Assembly (NCBI GenBank): GCA_964589945.1 | Contig: CAZPVG010000013.1 | Span: 7,280-71,279, forward strand | DNA from: an uncultured bacterium | GTDB lineage: Bacteria; Eisenbacteria; RBG-16-71-46 | Direction: 5' to 3' | Length of the DNA stretch: 64,000 nt | In this document: piece after piece, positions 44,975 through 55,439 of the stretch | How the letters are laid out: the number at the start of each line of letters is the position of its first letter | Numbering within the stretch: the first letter of the stretch is position 1 | Made by a program: the position numbers and the translations under genes | The notes under the pieces: model-generated | Seen by the model: only the letters and a program-made list of their open reading frames with translations | What the model was told of the DNA's origin: nothing | Databases searched by the model: none

Positions 44975-47034
44975 GGCTCGACCCGCGCGTCTGGGTCCTG
45001 CTCGCGCTGTCCGTCCTCGCCGCCGCGGGCCTGCTGGCCCCCGGGCTCGCGGGCCGGGCGGGCCTCTACGTGTGGCTCGGGGTGTTCCCCGGCATGGCCG
45101 TCGGGCGGCTCCTGCTGCCCCGGGCCGCCGGGATCACGCGCTGGACGCTCGGCCTCGCCCTCTCCCCGATCGTGAGCGCCGTCGCCGGCTGGGCGCTCCT
45201 GCGCGCGGGCTTCGATCTCGCGACGGGCGCGAAGCTCGTGGGCGTGGCCGGGTGGCTGCTGTTCGCGGGCGGCGAGGCGCGTTCGATCGGCGCGGGAACC
45301 GACGATCCGCACGCGGCCCCGGTCACGCGCTTCGCGTGGGCCTGGAGCCTCGGCGCCGCGGCCTTCGTCGCGGTGCTCATGGGACTCAACCCCTGGTCGC
45401 TCGTGCGCTCCGACGCCTGGACCCACGCCGCGATCATCGGCGAGATCCGGCTGCACGGGGTCCCGCCCACCGACCCGCGCTTCCTCGGCCTGCACCTGAA
45501 CTACGTCTGGATCTTCCAGCTCTTCATCGCGCAGCTGACGGCGATTCGCGGCCAGGACCCGTTCGTGTTCATGGCGCTGCTCAACGTCGTGACGGCGGGC
45601 GTGATGTTCTGGCTCGTCTGGCAGCTCGCCTGGGACGTCTGGGGCGGGGAGCGCGCGGCACGGGGGACGCTGGCGCTGTTCACCTTCGGGCTGAACGCGG
45701 GGGCGTGGCTGCTGCTGCCGCTCCAGTTCGTCTACGCGTTCACGGGCGAGGTCACGGGCATGGCCGAGGTGCGCCGCCAGCTGGCGCTCATGCACCCGGG
45801 CTCGTGGGACGTGATCTACCTGCTCGCGGCGCCGTTCGCCTGGATGGTGCAGTTCTGGGACAAGATCACGCTCGGAAACCCGCTCGGGTACGCGTTCCTG
45901 TTCCTGCTCCTGCACTTCGTGGCGCTCGGGCGGCTCCTGCGGGGCGGCGGCGGGCGGTGGCTCGCGGTCGCGTTCGCGGCGGGGCTCGGCAGCGTGCTGC
46001 CGCACAGCGTGCTCGGGATCGGCATGATCCCGGTGACGACCGGCGCCGTGGCGCTCGGCCTGCTGCTGCGCCGCCGCCATCCCTGGCTTCCCCGGCCCGG
46101 CGCGGTGCTGCCCTTCTGGGCGGCCACGACCGCGGGCTTCGCGGCCGGGCTCCCCTACCTCGTCTCGATCGCGAGCGGCTGGAGGGAGCAGAGCACCGGG
46201 GTCGTGCACCACTGGATCCAGCCGGGCTGGCGCATGCCGTGGACGCTGGCGACCGCGTGCGGCGTCACGATGCTGTTCGCGTGGCCCGGCATCCGGACCG
46301 CCTGGCGCGAGCGCCGCCCGCTTCCCGCCTGGCTCTCGATCTGGGCGCTCGGGGTGGTGCTCATGCAGTGCATCGTCCACCTGCCCGAGGGCAACGAGCA
46401 CAAGTACGTCTGGGTCGCGTTCGCGGTCCTCGCGATCCTGGGCGGAGCCTCGTTCCTGCCCACGCTGGAGCGGTGGCGGGTGCGCTGGGGCCGGGTGCGC
46501 GTTTCGCTCGCCTTCGCGCTCGTCTTCCTCGTGCCCCCGGTGGCGCTGCTCCAGGGGGCGCTGCGCGACCCGATGCGCACGCAGGCGCCCGCGCTCGCCC
46601 CCCGGCCGGGAGAGACCCGGATGCTCGAGTGGGTGCGCGACAGCACGTCGGCCGACGACGTGTTCCTCGAGGCCGACGGCCGCGACCTGCTGACCGTACA
46701 GGGCCCGCGCCGCATGCTCGTCGCGACCCGCGCGGGCGCGGAGAAGGCGGCGTTCCCGGAGAGCGGCCTCGAACGGCGGCGCGCGGTCTCCGCCGACCTC
46801 TTCGGGCCCGTCGCCCACTTCGGCGCGGACGCGGACACGCTCGCGGGAATCGTCGCCCGCGTGCGCCGGACGACCCCGGTGGGAACCGTCTACCTGCTCT
46901 ACCGCGAGTCCGACGAAACGCCCGGCGACGAGCCCTGGCGAAGGCTCGAGGCCGCGGCCGGCGGCCGCGCCGTGAAGCGCTACGACGCCGACGGCTTCCG
47001 GGTCTACGCGCTCGTGCTGCCGGAGTCACCATGA
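44971..47034 (+). CDS. large polytopic membrane protein of unknown function (candidate GT-C glycosyltransferase/polymerase)
   Basis: TTG start overlapping the upstream TGA (TTGA). 687 aa. About 14 TM segments plus a C-terminal soluble region. No recognisable catalytic motif. Confidence 0.7.
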   Translation: MRLDPRVWVLLALSVLAAAGLLAPGLAGRAGLYVWLGVFPGMAVGRLLLPRAAGITRWTLGLALSPIVSAVAGWALLRAGFDLATGAKLVGVAGWLLFAGGEARSIGAGTDDPHAAPVTRFAWAWSLGAAAFVAVLMGLNPWSLVRSDAWTHAAIIGEIRLHGVPPTDPRFLGLHLNYVWIFQLFIAQLTAIRGQDPFVFMALLNVVTAGVMFWLVWQLAWDVWGGERAARGTLALFTFGLNAGAWLLLPLQFVYAFTGEVTGMAEVRRQLALMHPGSWDVIYLLAAPFAWMVQFWDKITLGNPLGYAFLFLLLHFVALGRLLRGGGGRWLAVAFAAGLGSVLPHSVLGIGMIPVTTGAVALGLLLRRRHPWLPRPGAVLPFWAATTAGFAAGLPYLVSIASGWREQSTGVVHHWIQPGWRMPWTLATACGVTMLFAWPGIRTAWRERRPLPAWLSIWALGVVLMQCIVHLPEGNEHKYVWVAFAVLAILGGASFLPTLERWRVRWGRVRVSLAFALVFLVPPVALLQGALRDPMRTQAPALAPRPGETRMLEWVRDSTSADDVFLEADGRDLLTVQGPRRMLVATRAGAEKAAFPESGLERRRAVSADLFGPVAHFGADADTLAGIVARVRRTTPVGTVYLLYRESDETPGDEPWRRLEAAAGGRAVKRYDADGFRVYALVLPESP

Positions 47035-47924
47035 CGCCGTCGCGCTTCCCCCATCGCGCTGCGTTCTCGTTCGACATCGAGGACTGGCACCACAGCGAGC
47101 TGAACCCCGTTCCTCCCGGGGCCCGGGAGAGCGAGAGCATCGTGCGTCGCGGAACGGAGGAGATCCTCGACCTGCTGAAGCGCCACCGGCTGCGCTGCAC
47201 GTTCTTCGTGCTCGGGACGGTGGTGCGCGAGCATCCCGACCTCGTGCGCCGGATGGTGGACGAGGGGCACGAGCTCGCCTGCCACGGCATGGACCACCGG
47301 CCGCTCTGGAAGGCCACGCCGGAGAGCTTCCGCGAGGAGTTGCGCGAGTTCCGCAGGATCGTCACCGGCGCGCTCGGCGCCTTCCCGGTGATCGGGTTCC
47401 GCGCCCCGACCTTCAGCATCGACCGGTCGAACCCGTGGGCGCTCGACGTGCTGCGCGCCGAGGGCTACCGGTACGACTCCAGCATCTTCCCGATGAAGGT
47501 GAAGATGTACGGGACGCCCGGTGCGCCGTGCTGGATCTACCGGCCGTCGCCGGTGGACCTCACCCGGCACGACCCCCACGCCGACCTCGTCGAGTTCCCG
47601 GTGGCCACCGCGCAGGCGTTCCGCCTGCGGTTCCCGCTCGGGGGCGGCTTCTACCTGCGGGCCCTTCCGCTGCCGGTCTTCCGCGCCGGCCTCGACTACA
47701 TCCTCCGGCGGCGGCCGTTCGTGCTCTACCTGCACCCGCGGGAGGTCACGCCCGAGGCCAGCCGCATGCCGCTCGACCCCGTGAACGGCTTCATCACCTA
47801 CGTGAACCTGCACACGGTCGTCGAGAAGCTCGAGCACCTCTTCGCACGGTACGAATGGGCGCCGATGCGGGAGATCCTCGAGAGCGAGGGCTGGCTGGGC
47901 GCGCCCGTCGGGACGGGGGGCTGA
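47031..47924 (+). CDS. polysaccharide deacetylase (PEP-CTERM/exosortase-locus associated type)
   Basis: ATGA overlap. AAFSFDIEDWHHSE, TFFVLGTV, ELACHGMDH motifs (NodB-like). Out-of-frame within track ORF 45072..47924. Confidence 0.85.
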   Translation: MTPSRFPHRAAFSFDIEDWHHSELNPVPPGARESESIVRRGTEEILDLLKRHRLRCTFFVLGTVVREHPDLVRRMVDEGHELACHGMDHRPLWKATPESFREELREFRRIVTGALGAFPVIGFRAPTFSIDRSNPWALDVLRAEGYRYDSSIFPMKVKMYGTPGAPCWIYRPSPVDLTRHDPHADLVEFPVATAQAFRLRFPLGGGFYLRALPLPVFRAGLDYILRRRPFVLYLHPREVTPEASRMPLDPVNGFITYVNLHTVVEKLEHLFARYEWAPMREILESEGWLGAPVGTGG

Positions 47925-48101
47925 GCCCGTGGACCGTGCCCGCTTCCGCGCGCCCCGTGGGACCCATGCTATCCTCGCTGCCGTTCTTTCCATCCGGCGC
48001 GGGCCGCGATGGACGCTGCGCACCTCCGTACCCGAGCCCGGGAGCCCCGGTTCCCGGCCCGCCTCGGGGCCGGGCGGCGCGTTCCCGGGAGCCGTCTCGC
48101 G

Positions 48102-49079
48102 ATGAAGCTGGTCATCCAGATCCCGTGCCTCAACGAGGAGCAGGCGCTGCCGCAGACCCTGCGCGATCTTCCGAAGAGCATCCCCGGGATCGACGAGATC
48201 GCCGTGCTGGTCATCGACGACGGCAGCACCGACCGCACGTCGGAGGTCGCGCGCGAGAACGGGGTCACCCGCGTCTTCCGTTTCACGCAGCGGCACGGGC
48301 TCGCGCGGGTGTTCGCGCAGGGCCTCCAGGAGTCGCTCGCGATGGGCGCGGACGTCATCGTGAACACCGACGCCGACAACCAGTACAACGGCGCCGACAT
48401 CGAGAAACTCGTCCAGCCGGTCGTGGAGGGCCGCGCCGACATGGTGGTCGGCTGCCGGGACATCGAGGGCATCGACAGCTTCTCGCCGGCCAAGAAGCGC
48501 CTGCAGCGACTCGGCAGCTCGGTCGTCCGGCGCATCTCGCAGACCCGGGTGCCCGACGCCACCTCGGGCTTCCGCGCCTACAGCCGCGAGGCCGCGCTGC
48601 GGCTCACCGTGGTCTCGGACTTCACGTACACGCTCGAGACGATCATCCAGGCGACGAAGAAGAACCTGGCCGTCACCCACGTCTCGATCCGCACGAATCC
48701 GAAGACGCGCGAGTCGCGCCTGTTCCGCGGCACGGTGGACTACGTCCGCCAGTCCATCGCGACCATGGCGCGCATCTACGTCATGTACCAGCCGCTGAAG
48801 GTCTTCACGTGGCTGAGCGTCGTCTTCCTCGTGCCCGGCGTGGCGCTCATCGCCCGCTTCCTCTGGTTCTTCTTCACGCGCGAGGGCGCCACCGGGCACG
48901 TGCAGTCGGTGGTCATCGGCGGCGCGCTCGCGGTAATCGGGTTCCTCCTCGCGGTCCTCGGCGTGCTCTCGGACCTGATCGCGACGAACCGCAAGCTGCT
49001 CGACGAGGTCCTCACCAGCCTCCGGCTGCTCCGTCACGGGCGCGTCGCGACCTCGGACGAGGACGCGCGGCGCGAATGA
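48102..49079 (+). CDS. family 2 glycosyltransferase, polyprenol-phosphate sugar synthase (ArnC/GtrB-like) with C-terminal TM helices
   Basis: Start MKLVIQIPCLNEE. VLVIDDGSTDRT. NTDADNQY. TSGFRAY. Two C-terminal TM helices. Confidence 0.85.
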   Translation: MKLVIQIPCLNEEQALPQTLRDLPKSIPGIDEIAVLVIDDGSTDRTSEVARENGVTRVFRFTQRHGLARVFAQGLQESLAMGADVIVNTDADNQYNGADIEKLVQPVVEGRADMVVGCRDIEGIDSFSPAKKRLQRLGSSVVRRISQTRVPDATSGFRAYSREAALRLTVVSDFTYTLETIIQATKKNLAVTHVSIRTNPKTRESRLFRGTVDYVRQSIATMARIYVMYQPLKVFTWLSVVFLVPGVALIARFLWFFFTREGATGHVQSVVIGGALAVIGFLLAVLGVLSDLIATNRKLLDEVLTSLRLLRHGRVATSDEDARRE

Positions 49080-50365
49080 CGATCCCGACGGGCCCGGCGT
49101 CGCGGGCGATTTCACCGGGGCGGCGGGCGCTCGCCCTCGCGGTCCTGGCGCTCGCACTGCGGGCGGCGTACGCGCTCGGGCCCGGCCGTTCCGCCGGCAT
49201 CGAGCCCGGCATGGACGCGGTGGAGTACGACGCCTTCGCGCGCCTCATGCTCTCGGGCTGGCACTGGTTCACGACGCCGATCGCCGCGCGCGAGCCCCTC
49301 TACCCCGCCCTCATGGCGTTCGCCTACGCCCTGCCCGGGCCGGACCTGGGAATGCTCAAGGCCTTGCAGGTCCTGCTGGGCACCCTCACGGTGCCGCTCT
49401 TCTACCTCGGGCTGCGCCCGCTCGTGCGCGAGCCGGTCGCGCTGCTGGCCGCGGGGCTCGTGGCGGTCAGCCCTCACTTCGTTCCCTGGGCCTCGCTGCC
49501 GCTGCGGGAGAACCTCGTCATCCCGCTGCTGGCCCTGTTCTTCCTGGCCTCGGTCCACCTGGCGCGCGAGTTCCGCTGGTCCCGGCTCTTCCTCGCCACG
49601 CTCGGCCTCGTGCTCCTCATCCACACCGACACGCGCTTCCTCCCCTACCTCTTCGTGCTGCCGGTGCTGCTCTTCGCGGTGAACCACGCCTGGCGTCCGA
49701 CACTTCGTGCGTGGGGCTGGAGCGCCCTCGTCTTCGTCGTGCTCATGGTCCCCTACCAGCTGCGCGGGCCCATCGCGTTCGGCAGGCCCGTGATCGTGAG
49801 CGACCGCGTGCTCGACCAGTGGCTGCCGCTCATCGACGCTCGCTGGAGCACGTCGAAGGACAGCACGGGCCTCGAGCCGGGACGCGAGGCCTGGCTCCAC
49901 CGGTGGGAGGAGGACAAGCGCCGGCACCTGGCCGGGCTCGCGCCCGCGGAGCGCGCTTACTTCCTCGCCGGCGGTCGCCCCGAGATCGGGCGGGCGGCCA
50001 CCTACTGGTCCCAGTTCCTCGAGTTCTGGCGGTTCGCCCGCTTCTCGATCGCCTACCGTCCCTACCCCGACGGCCGCGTGGCCTGGCCCTGGTCGAAACG
50101 CCATCTCGTCACGAGCGCGCTCGTCCTACTGCCGTTCTTCGTCCTGCTGCCGTTCGCGTGGCGCGGCGCGACCCGGATGGAACACCGGGTCTTCCAGGCG
50201 ATCCTCGTGATGCTCGTCGCTCACACGATCCTGCACGTCGTCGTGCACGCCCGCGAGCGCTACCGCATCCCGTTCGAGCTCTTCACCGGCACCGTCGTGG
50301 CGATGTCACTCGTGAACCTGGCCACCTGGCGGCGGCCCGCCGGGGCCGCGCGCGAGGAGGGCTGA
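49076..50365 (+). CDS. ArnT/PMT-like GT-C membrane glycosyltransferase (putative)
   Basis: ATGA overlap with the preceding GtrB-like GT2. 429 aa, multi-TM. Out-of-frame within track ORF 47435..50365. Confidence 0.65.
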   Translation: MTIPTGPASRAISPGRRALALAVLALALRAAYALGPGRSAGIEPGMDAVEYDAFARLMLSGWHWFTTPIAAREPLYPALMAFAYALPGPDLGMLKALQVLLGTLTVPLFYLGLRPLVREPVALLAAGLVAVSPHFVPWASLPLRENLVIPLLALFFLASVHLAREFRWSRLFLATLGLVLLIHTDTRFLPYLFVLPVLLFAVNHAWRPTLRAWGWSALVFVVLMVPYQLRGPIAFGRPVIVSDRVLDQWLPLIDARWSTSKDSTGLEPGREAWLHRWEEDKRRHLAGLAPAERAYFLAGGRPEIGRAATYWSQFLEFWRFARFSIAYRPYPDGRVAWPWSKRHLVTSALVLLPFFVLLPFAWRGATRMEHRVFQAILVMLVAHTILHVVVHARERYRIPFELFTGTVVAMSLVNLATWRRPAGAAREEG

Positions 50366-50383
50366 GGCGGCGGCCGCGCGGGC

Positions 50384-51451
50384 TCACCCGAGCAGCGCGC
50401 GCGCGACGGCCTCCCATGTCCATCGCGTCTCGCCCGCGCGCGCGGAGGCCCCGTCGAGGTCGAGGGAGAGCTCGAGCACCGCGTCCGCGAGCCGCGCCGG
50501 GTCCTCGGGCGGCACGACCACGCCGCCGCCGCGGTCCTCGACCGCCTCGCGCAGGCCGCCGACGTCCGTCGCAACGACCGGCCGGTGCGCCGCGAAGGCG
50601 TTCGGCAGGACCGCCGACTGCGACGCGCTCCGGTACGGCGCGAGGACGACATGGTGCGACGCCAGCAGCGCCCCCATCTCCTCGTCGGACTGGTAGCGCG
50701 CGAGCAGCGTCACCCGTCCGTCGAGCCCCGGGGACCCGACGAGCCGCCGCCATTCCTCCGCGTCGTCCCACATCTCGCCCGCGATGGTGAGGCGCACGTC
50801 CTCGCCCCGCGCGAGCAGGATCCGGACCGCCTCGACCGCGAGGTCGAAGCCCTTGTAGCGACGCACCAGCCCGAGGCACAGGAGCCGCAGCGGCGGCCGC
50901 GGCGGCAGCGGCGCGGGCACGATCGGGAGCAGCGGCGGGCAGGGCACGACGGTCGCCGCGACGCGCGGCGCGATCCGGCGGACGGCCTCGGCAACGGTCG
51001 TGGCATGCACGACGACCCGGGCAGCGCGGGTCATCGCGTCGCGGACGAGGACCGCGTCGAGCGGCATGCGCTCGTGAGGCAGGACGTTGTGGATCAGCAG
51101 CGATACCGGGACGCGGGCGACGCCGGCGACGACGCGCTGCGGAACCGCGTGCACGGGGGTCACCCACGGCATCACGAGCCGGTCGCCGCGTCCGGCGATC
51201 CGCCCCGCCCGGACCCACGAGAGGGGATCCCACCACCGCAGGAGGAAGCGGGCGCCCGGGAAGGCGGGCGCGTCCAGCCCCCGGCCGGAGCCCTTGTAGA
51301 GGGCGCGCGGGTACTGCGAGGCCCACGACAGGACCGTCACCTCGGCACCGCACTCGCGCAGGGCCTCGACCAGCCGGGCCGAGTGCTGGGCGATGCCGCC
51401 CGAGTGCGGCGGCACCGGGCCGACGAACGTGACACGCGGGCGGCCGCTCAT
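50384..51451 (-). CDS. family 4 glycosyltransferase
   Basis: Start MSGRPRVTFVGPVPPHSGGIAQHS (ATG 51449-51451, ATGA overlap). 355 aa. It is the C-terminal segment of track ORF 50384..55327, which is a multi-gene artefact. Confidence 0.8.
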   Translation of the reverse strand: MSGRPRVTFVGPVPPHSGGIAQHSARLVEALRECGAEVTVLSWASQYPRALYKGSGRGLDAPAFPGARFLLRWWDPLSWVRAGRIAGRGDRLVMPWVTPVHAVPQRVVAGVARVPVSLLIHNVLPHERMPLDAVLVRDAMTRAARVVVHATTVAEAVRRIAPRVAATVVPCPPLLPIVPAPLPPRPPLRLLCLGLVRRYKGFDLAVEAVRILLARGEDVRLTIAGEMWDDAEEWRRLVGSPGLDGRVTLLARYQSDEEMGALLASHHVVLAPYRSASQSAVLPNAFAAHRPVVATDVGGLREAVEDRGGGVVVPPEDPARLADAVLELSLDLDGASARAGETRWTWEAVARALLG

Positions 51452-53493
51452 CGGGCCAGCCGCCGGGAGGCGATCGCGCCGAACGCGAGCTCGGAGACGA
51501 TCTGGACCAGCCGGAGCGCGATCGAGGCCGCGAGCACCTGGGCAGTGGCGCCCGGCAGCAGGAAGGCGAGCGCCGCCTCGCGCACGCCCAGGCCGCTCGG
51601 GAACGGAACCGCCGCGTAGCCCACCGCCCAGGCGAGGCAGAACGCGGCCCCCGAGCGAAGGAGCCCGAACGTGGGATCCAGCCCGTGGAGCAGCATCGCG
51701 AACCCGAATCCCGAGCCCACGAACGCCGTGAGCGTCCAGGCGAAGGACCGCAGGATCTCCGGCTGGGCGGGGACGGCGAGATCCCGCCCGAACCTCGGCA
51801 CGAGGCGCGCCGCCAGCCGCACCGCCCGCACGAGCCAGCCGCGGTAGAGCAGGACGACCGCGAGGATCGCGGACCCGAGCAGCGCGCGCACGCCCGGTGG
51901 CCTCGACGGGTCGAGCGCGACCAGGCTGCCGGCCACGAGGCCGGCGGACAGCTGGATCACGGCATGAACGAGGAAGCCCGCCGCGGCCCGCGTCGCCGAG
52001 AGCCCGTCGCCCCTGGACATCTCCGCCTGGCCGACCGCCTGCCACAGGCCGCCTCCGGGCAGGTACTTGCCGAATTGCGCCGCGTAGAACGCCGCGCGCA
52101 GCCGCGGTGCGTGGCGCCGGTCGAAGAGCGCCGCCCAGCCCCGGCCGACGCCCGCGATGCCGGCGGCGACGCCCGCCAGCGCCCACGCGAACGCGCTCCA
52201 CGGCGGGAGGATCGCCTGGTGTGCGCGATCCCACGTCGAGGCGAGTGCGACGACCATCGCCGTCGCGCCCGCGAGCCCGAACGCCAGCCGGAAGAACCGT
52301 GTGAGCACCGGCCGCCGAGCGGGCGACGTCCCGCGCTGCGCGCGCGCCGCGCGACCGGCCTGCTCGAGCACGCGCGCGAGCCCCGAAACCGCGGCCTCCG
52401 GCGCGTGCGCCTCCTCGGCGTAGCGTCGCGCGCGCCGGCCGGCCTCGCGCCGGCGCTCCGGCGAGGCCATCCACCCGCCGACCGCGCGGACGAGGCCCTC
52501 GCGGTCGGCGACGACCTCGCCGAAGCCATGGCGCGCGACGACCCCGTCGGGATCCACGCACGAGACGCCGGGCACGCCGTGCGCCCACGCCTCCAGGAGC
52601 GTGTTCGGGAAGCCCTCCACGGGCGAGGTGTGAACGAACAGCGCCGCGCCGCTCAGGAGTTCGCTCACCTGCGCCGGGTCCTGCCAGCCGCGCACCTCGA
52701 GGTTCGGCAGCTCGCGGCCCGCGGCCCGTGCTGCCTCCCACGCGGCGGTCGAATCGGGCGGCCGCGGAACGACGCCGCACATCACGAAGCGGTGCTGCGG
52801 CAGTGCGCGGGCCAGCTCGATGAACCACTCCGGGCGCTTGGCCGGCTTGTAGGTCGCCACCCACACGACGGCGTCTCCCGCCCCGTCCGCGGGACTCGGG
52901 GGCAACTCGACCAGGTTGCGCACCACGGTCGCCTCCCGCCCCCACTCGCTGCGAAACAGTCCGCGCTGGACCTCGGACTGCGCGATCACCACCGCGGCCC
53001 CGCGCAGCGCCCGCCGCTGCCACCAGCGGTCGCGGGGATTGGGCAGCAGGGGCAGCGAGCGCAGGGCGTCGTGGTCGTGCGCCGCCGCGAAGACGAAGGC
53101 GGCGCCCCGGGAGCGCGCCACGTCGTACGCCAGGCCCGCCTCGAGCGAGGCGCACCGGACGTAGTAGACGTCCGCGTCGGCCGTCCGCAGCGCGGCGACG
53201 CTGCGGGTGATCCGGGGATGGAAGAACCGCAGCACGGGCCAGCCGTCCTCGGGGCGGTAGGTCTTCAGCACGCGCACGCCGTGCACGGTCGTCGGCGAGG
53301 GCTGCCCGAAGTCGCAGGTCACCACGGTCACGTCGAAGCCGCGCGCGGCGAGCCCGCGGGCCAGCCGGGCCTGCTGCAGCTCGGCGCCGCCGGCGAACTG
53401 CACCTCGCCCCCGCTCCACACCGGCCAGAGCAGCGGGGAGAAGAAGCAGACCCGGAGCGGACGCTCCGGGGCGGGCGGCGGCGCGGTCGTCAC
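51448..53493 (-). CDS. fusion protein: N-terminal GT4 glycosyltransferase + C-terminal lysylphosphatidylglycerol-synthase-TM (flippase-like, UPF0104) domain
   Basis: Residues 1-390 are GT-B (PLLWPVWSGGEVQFAGG, EGFPNTLLEAWAHGVPGVS). Residues 400-681 are a polytopic domain (AAFYAAQFGKYLPGGGLWQAVGQAEM...) of the MprF-N-terminal/UPF0104 type. Confidence 0.8.
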   Translation of the reverse strand: MTTAPPPAPERPLRVCFFSPLLWPVWSGGEVQFAGGAELQQARLARGLAARGFDVTVVTCDFGQPSPTTVHGVRVLKTYRPEDGWPVLRFFHPRITRSVAALRTADADVYYVRCASLEAGLAYDVARSRGAAFVFAAAHDHDALRSLPLLPNPRDRWWQRRALRGAAVVIAQSEVQRGLFRSEWGREATVVRNLVELPPSPADGAGDAVVWVATYKPAKRPEWFIELARALPQHRFVMCGVVPRPPDSTAAWEAARAAGRELPNLEVRGWQDPAQVSELLSGAALFVHTSPVEGFPNTLLEAWAHGVPGVSCVDPDGVVARHGFGEVVADREGLVRAVGGWMASPERRREAGRRARRYAEEAHAPEAAVSGLARVLEQAGRAARAQRGTSPARRPVLTRFFRLAFGLAGATAMVVALASTWDRAHQAILPPWSAFAWALAGVAAGIAGVGRGWAALFDRRHAPRLRAAFYAAQFGKYLPGGGLWQAVGQAEMSRGDGLSATRAAAGFLVHAVIQLSAGLVAGSLVALDPSRPPGVRALLGSAILAVVLLYRGWLVRAVRLAARLVPRFGRDLAVPAQPEILRSFAWTLTAFVGSGFGFAMLLHGLDPTFGLLRSGAAFCLAWAVGYAAVPFPSGLGVREAALAFLLPGATAQVLAASIALRLVQIVSELAFGAIASRRLAR

Positions 53494-53496
53494 GGG

Positions 53497-55437
53497 TCAG
53501 TCCCTCGCCGTCGCCGCGACCGCCGCGTGGAGCGGCAGCGGCCCGTCCGGGGGCTCGACGATCGCCTCGCGGGGCCGGTCGAGCCAGGCCTGGGCCCACA
53601 GCTCGAGGCACGTGAGCGTGAAGACCCGCCGCGCGTGCGCGTCGGGCTCGAGCCCGCGGCCGGCGAGCACGCGCTCGACGCCCGAGGGGTCCAGCCAGCC
53701 ACGCTCGCGGCAGCGCCGGTCGAGCAGCACCTCGCGCGCCAGGCGGCCGAAGTCCGAGCCGAACCAGTCCGGGAGCGGCACGCCGAAGCCCTGCTTGCCC
53801 CGCGCGAGGATGCCCGCCGGCAGCAGGGGCTTCGCGACCTCGCGCAGGATCCACTTGCTCGTCCCGCCGCGCAGCTTGAAGTGGAACGGCAGCCGGGCCA
53901 CGTACTCGAGCACGACGTGGTCGAGGAGCGGCGCGCGGACCTCGAGCGAGTTGAGCATCGAGGTGCGGTCCACCTTCACGAGCACGTCGTCGGTCATGTA
54001 GGTGAGCGCGTCGAGGCGGAGCAGGGCGGGCACGTCCCCGAGCGGGCGCCGCCCGCGCGCGTAGGTCTCGCGCGCGGCCCGGAACGGGTCGTGCGACCGG
54101 AGCGTGCCGACCAGCCCGGCGCCCGCAATGTCGCGGAGCGTCCGCGGCGGGAAGTGCGCCATGGTCTCGAGATGCCGGCCGACGACGTCGAGCCCGAGCC
54201 GGCGGAACTTGCGCCCGAGCGGGTCGTTTTCCGGCAGGCCGCGGAACGGCCAGGCGAGCGCGCGTCGCAGCGGCTCGGGAACGACGTCGGCGCGCGCGAA
54301 GCGCCGCGCCCAGGCGTACGTCGCGTAGCCCCCGAAGGCTTCGTCGCCGCCGTCGCCCGAGAGCGCCACGGTGACCTCCCGGCGCGCCATCTCCGCCACG
54401 TGGAAGGTCGGGATCATCGAGGCGTCCCCGAACGGCTCGTCGAGCCCCCAGACGAGCCGCGGCATCAGCTCCAGCGCACGCGGGCGGACGACGTACTCGT
54501 GGTGGTCCGTCCCGAGGTGGCGCGCCACGGTGCGGGCGTGCTCGAGTTCGCTCGCCCGGTCGCTCTCGAAGCCGATGCTGAACGTCCGCACGCGCTCGCC
54601 CGCGACGCGGCACATCAGCGCCACGACGAGGCTCGAGTCGATCCCGCCCGAGAGGAACGCCCCGAGCGGGACGTCCGACATCAGGCGGAGGCGCACCGCC
54701 TGCTCGAGAAGCTCCGTCAGCCGCCCGACCGCCTCGCGCTCGTCGGCCACCGGCGCGGTCTCGAGCGGCAGCGTCCAGTAACGCTCGACCCGCGGGCCGC
54801 GGGCGTCGCACACGAGCCGGTGCCCGGGCGGCACCTTGCGGACGCCCCGGAAGATGCTCTGCGGGTTCGGGACGTACTGGAAGGTGAGGTAGTCGAGGAC
54901 GGACCGCGGGTCCACGTCGCGCGGTACCGACGGGTCCGCGAGCAGGCTCTTCAGCTCGCTCGCGAACACGATCCGGCGGCCGTCGTCGTGGTAGAAGAGC
55001 GGCTTCTTGCCGACCCGGTCGCGCGCGAGCAGCAGCTGGCGGCGGCGCGTGTCGAACAGCGCGAAGGCGAACATGCCGCGCAGGTCGTCCACCAGCGCGG
55101 GGCCCTTCTCCTCCCACAGGTGCAGCAGCATCTCCGTGTCGCTGGAGCCGTGCAGCCGGTGGCCGCGGGCGAGCAGGCCGGGCCGCACCTCGGGCCAGTT
55201 GTAGATCTCGCCGTTGTACGTGACCCAGACGGTGCCGTCCTCGTTCGACATCGGCTGGTGGCCGCCCGGGGACAGGTCCACGATCGCGAGCCGCCGCTGC
55301 GCGAGCGCGACGGGCCCGTCGCTCCACGTGCCGAGGTCATCCGGGCCGCGATGGCGCTGCGCCTGCATCTGGCGGCGCACGATCGCGGGGTCGGGCTCGC
55401 CCCCTGCGTAGTGGAAGACTCCGTTGATCCCGCACAT
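53497..55437 (-). CDS. asparagine synthase (glutamine-hydrolysing) family amidotransferase, second paralog
   Basis: Start MCGINGVFHYAGG (ATG 55435-55437). SGGIDSSLVVALMC PP-loop. Upstream 137 codons of ORF 53497..55848 are R-rich overlap junk. Confidence 0.85.
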   Translation of the reverse strand: MCGINGVFHYAGGEPDPAIVRRQMQAQRHRGPDDLGTWSDGPVALAQRRLAIVDLSPGGHQPMSNEDGTVWVTYNGEIYNWPEVRPGLLARGHRLHGSSDTEMLLHLWEEKGPALVDDLRGMFAFALFDTRRRQLLLARDRVGKKPLFYHDDGRRIVFASELKSLLADPSVPRDVDPRSVLDYLTFQYVPNPQSIFRGVRKVPPGHRLVCDARGPRVERYWTLPLETAPVADEREAVGRLTELLEQAVRLRLMSDVPLGAFLSGGIDSSLVVALMCRVAGERVRTFSIGFESDRASELEHARTVARHLGTDHHEYVVRPRALELMPRLVWGLDEPFGDASMIPTFHVAEMARREVTVALSGDGGDEAFGGYATYAWARRFARADVVPEPLRRALAWPFRGLPENDPLGRKFRRLGLDVVGRHLETMAHFPPRTLRDIAGAGLVGTLRSHDPFRAARETYARGRRPLGDVPALLRLDALTYMTDDVLVKVDRTSMLNSLEVRAPLLDHVVLEYVARLPFHFKLRGGTSKWILREVAKPLLPAGILARGKQGFGVPLPDWFGSDFGRLAREVLLDRRCRERGWLDPSGVERVLAGRGLEPDAHARRVFTLTCLELWAQAWLDRPREAIVEPPDGPLPLHAAVAATARD

Positions 55438-55439
55438 GG

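Noticed and set aside
45072-50365. Long plus ORFs 45072..47924 and 47435..50365, and minus ORFs 44824..46818, 47004..49157, 49112..50104
   Set aside because: Wrong-frame read-through. Only their 3' segments (47031..47924 deacetylase, 49076..50365 GT-C) are real and begin at ATGA overlaps. The minus ORFs are antisense low-complexity.
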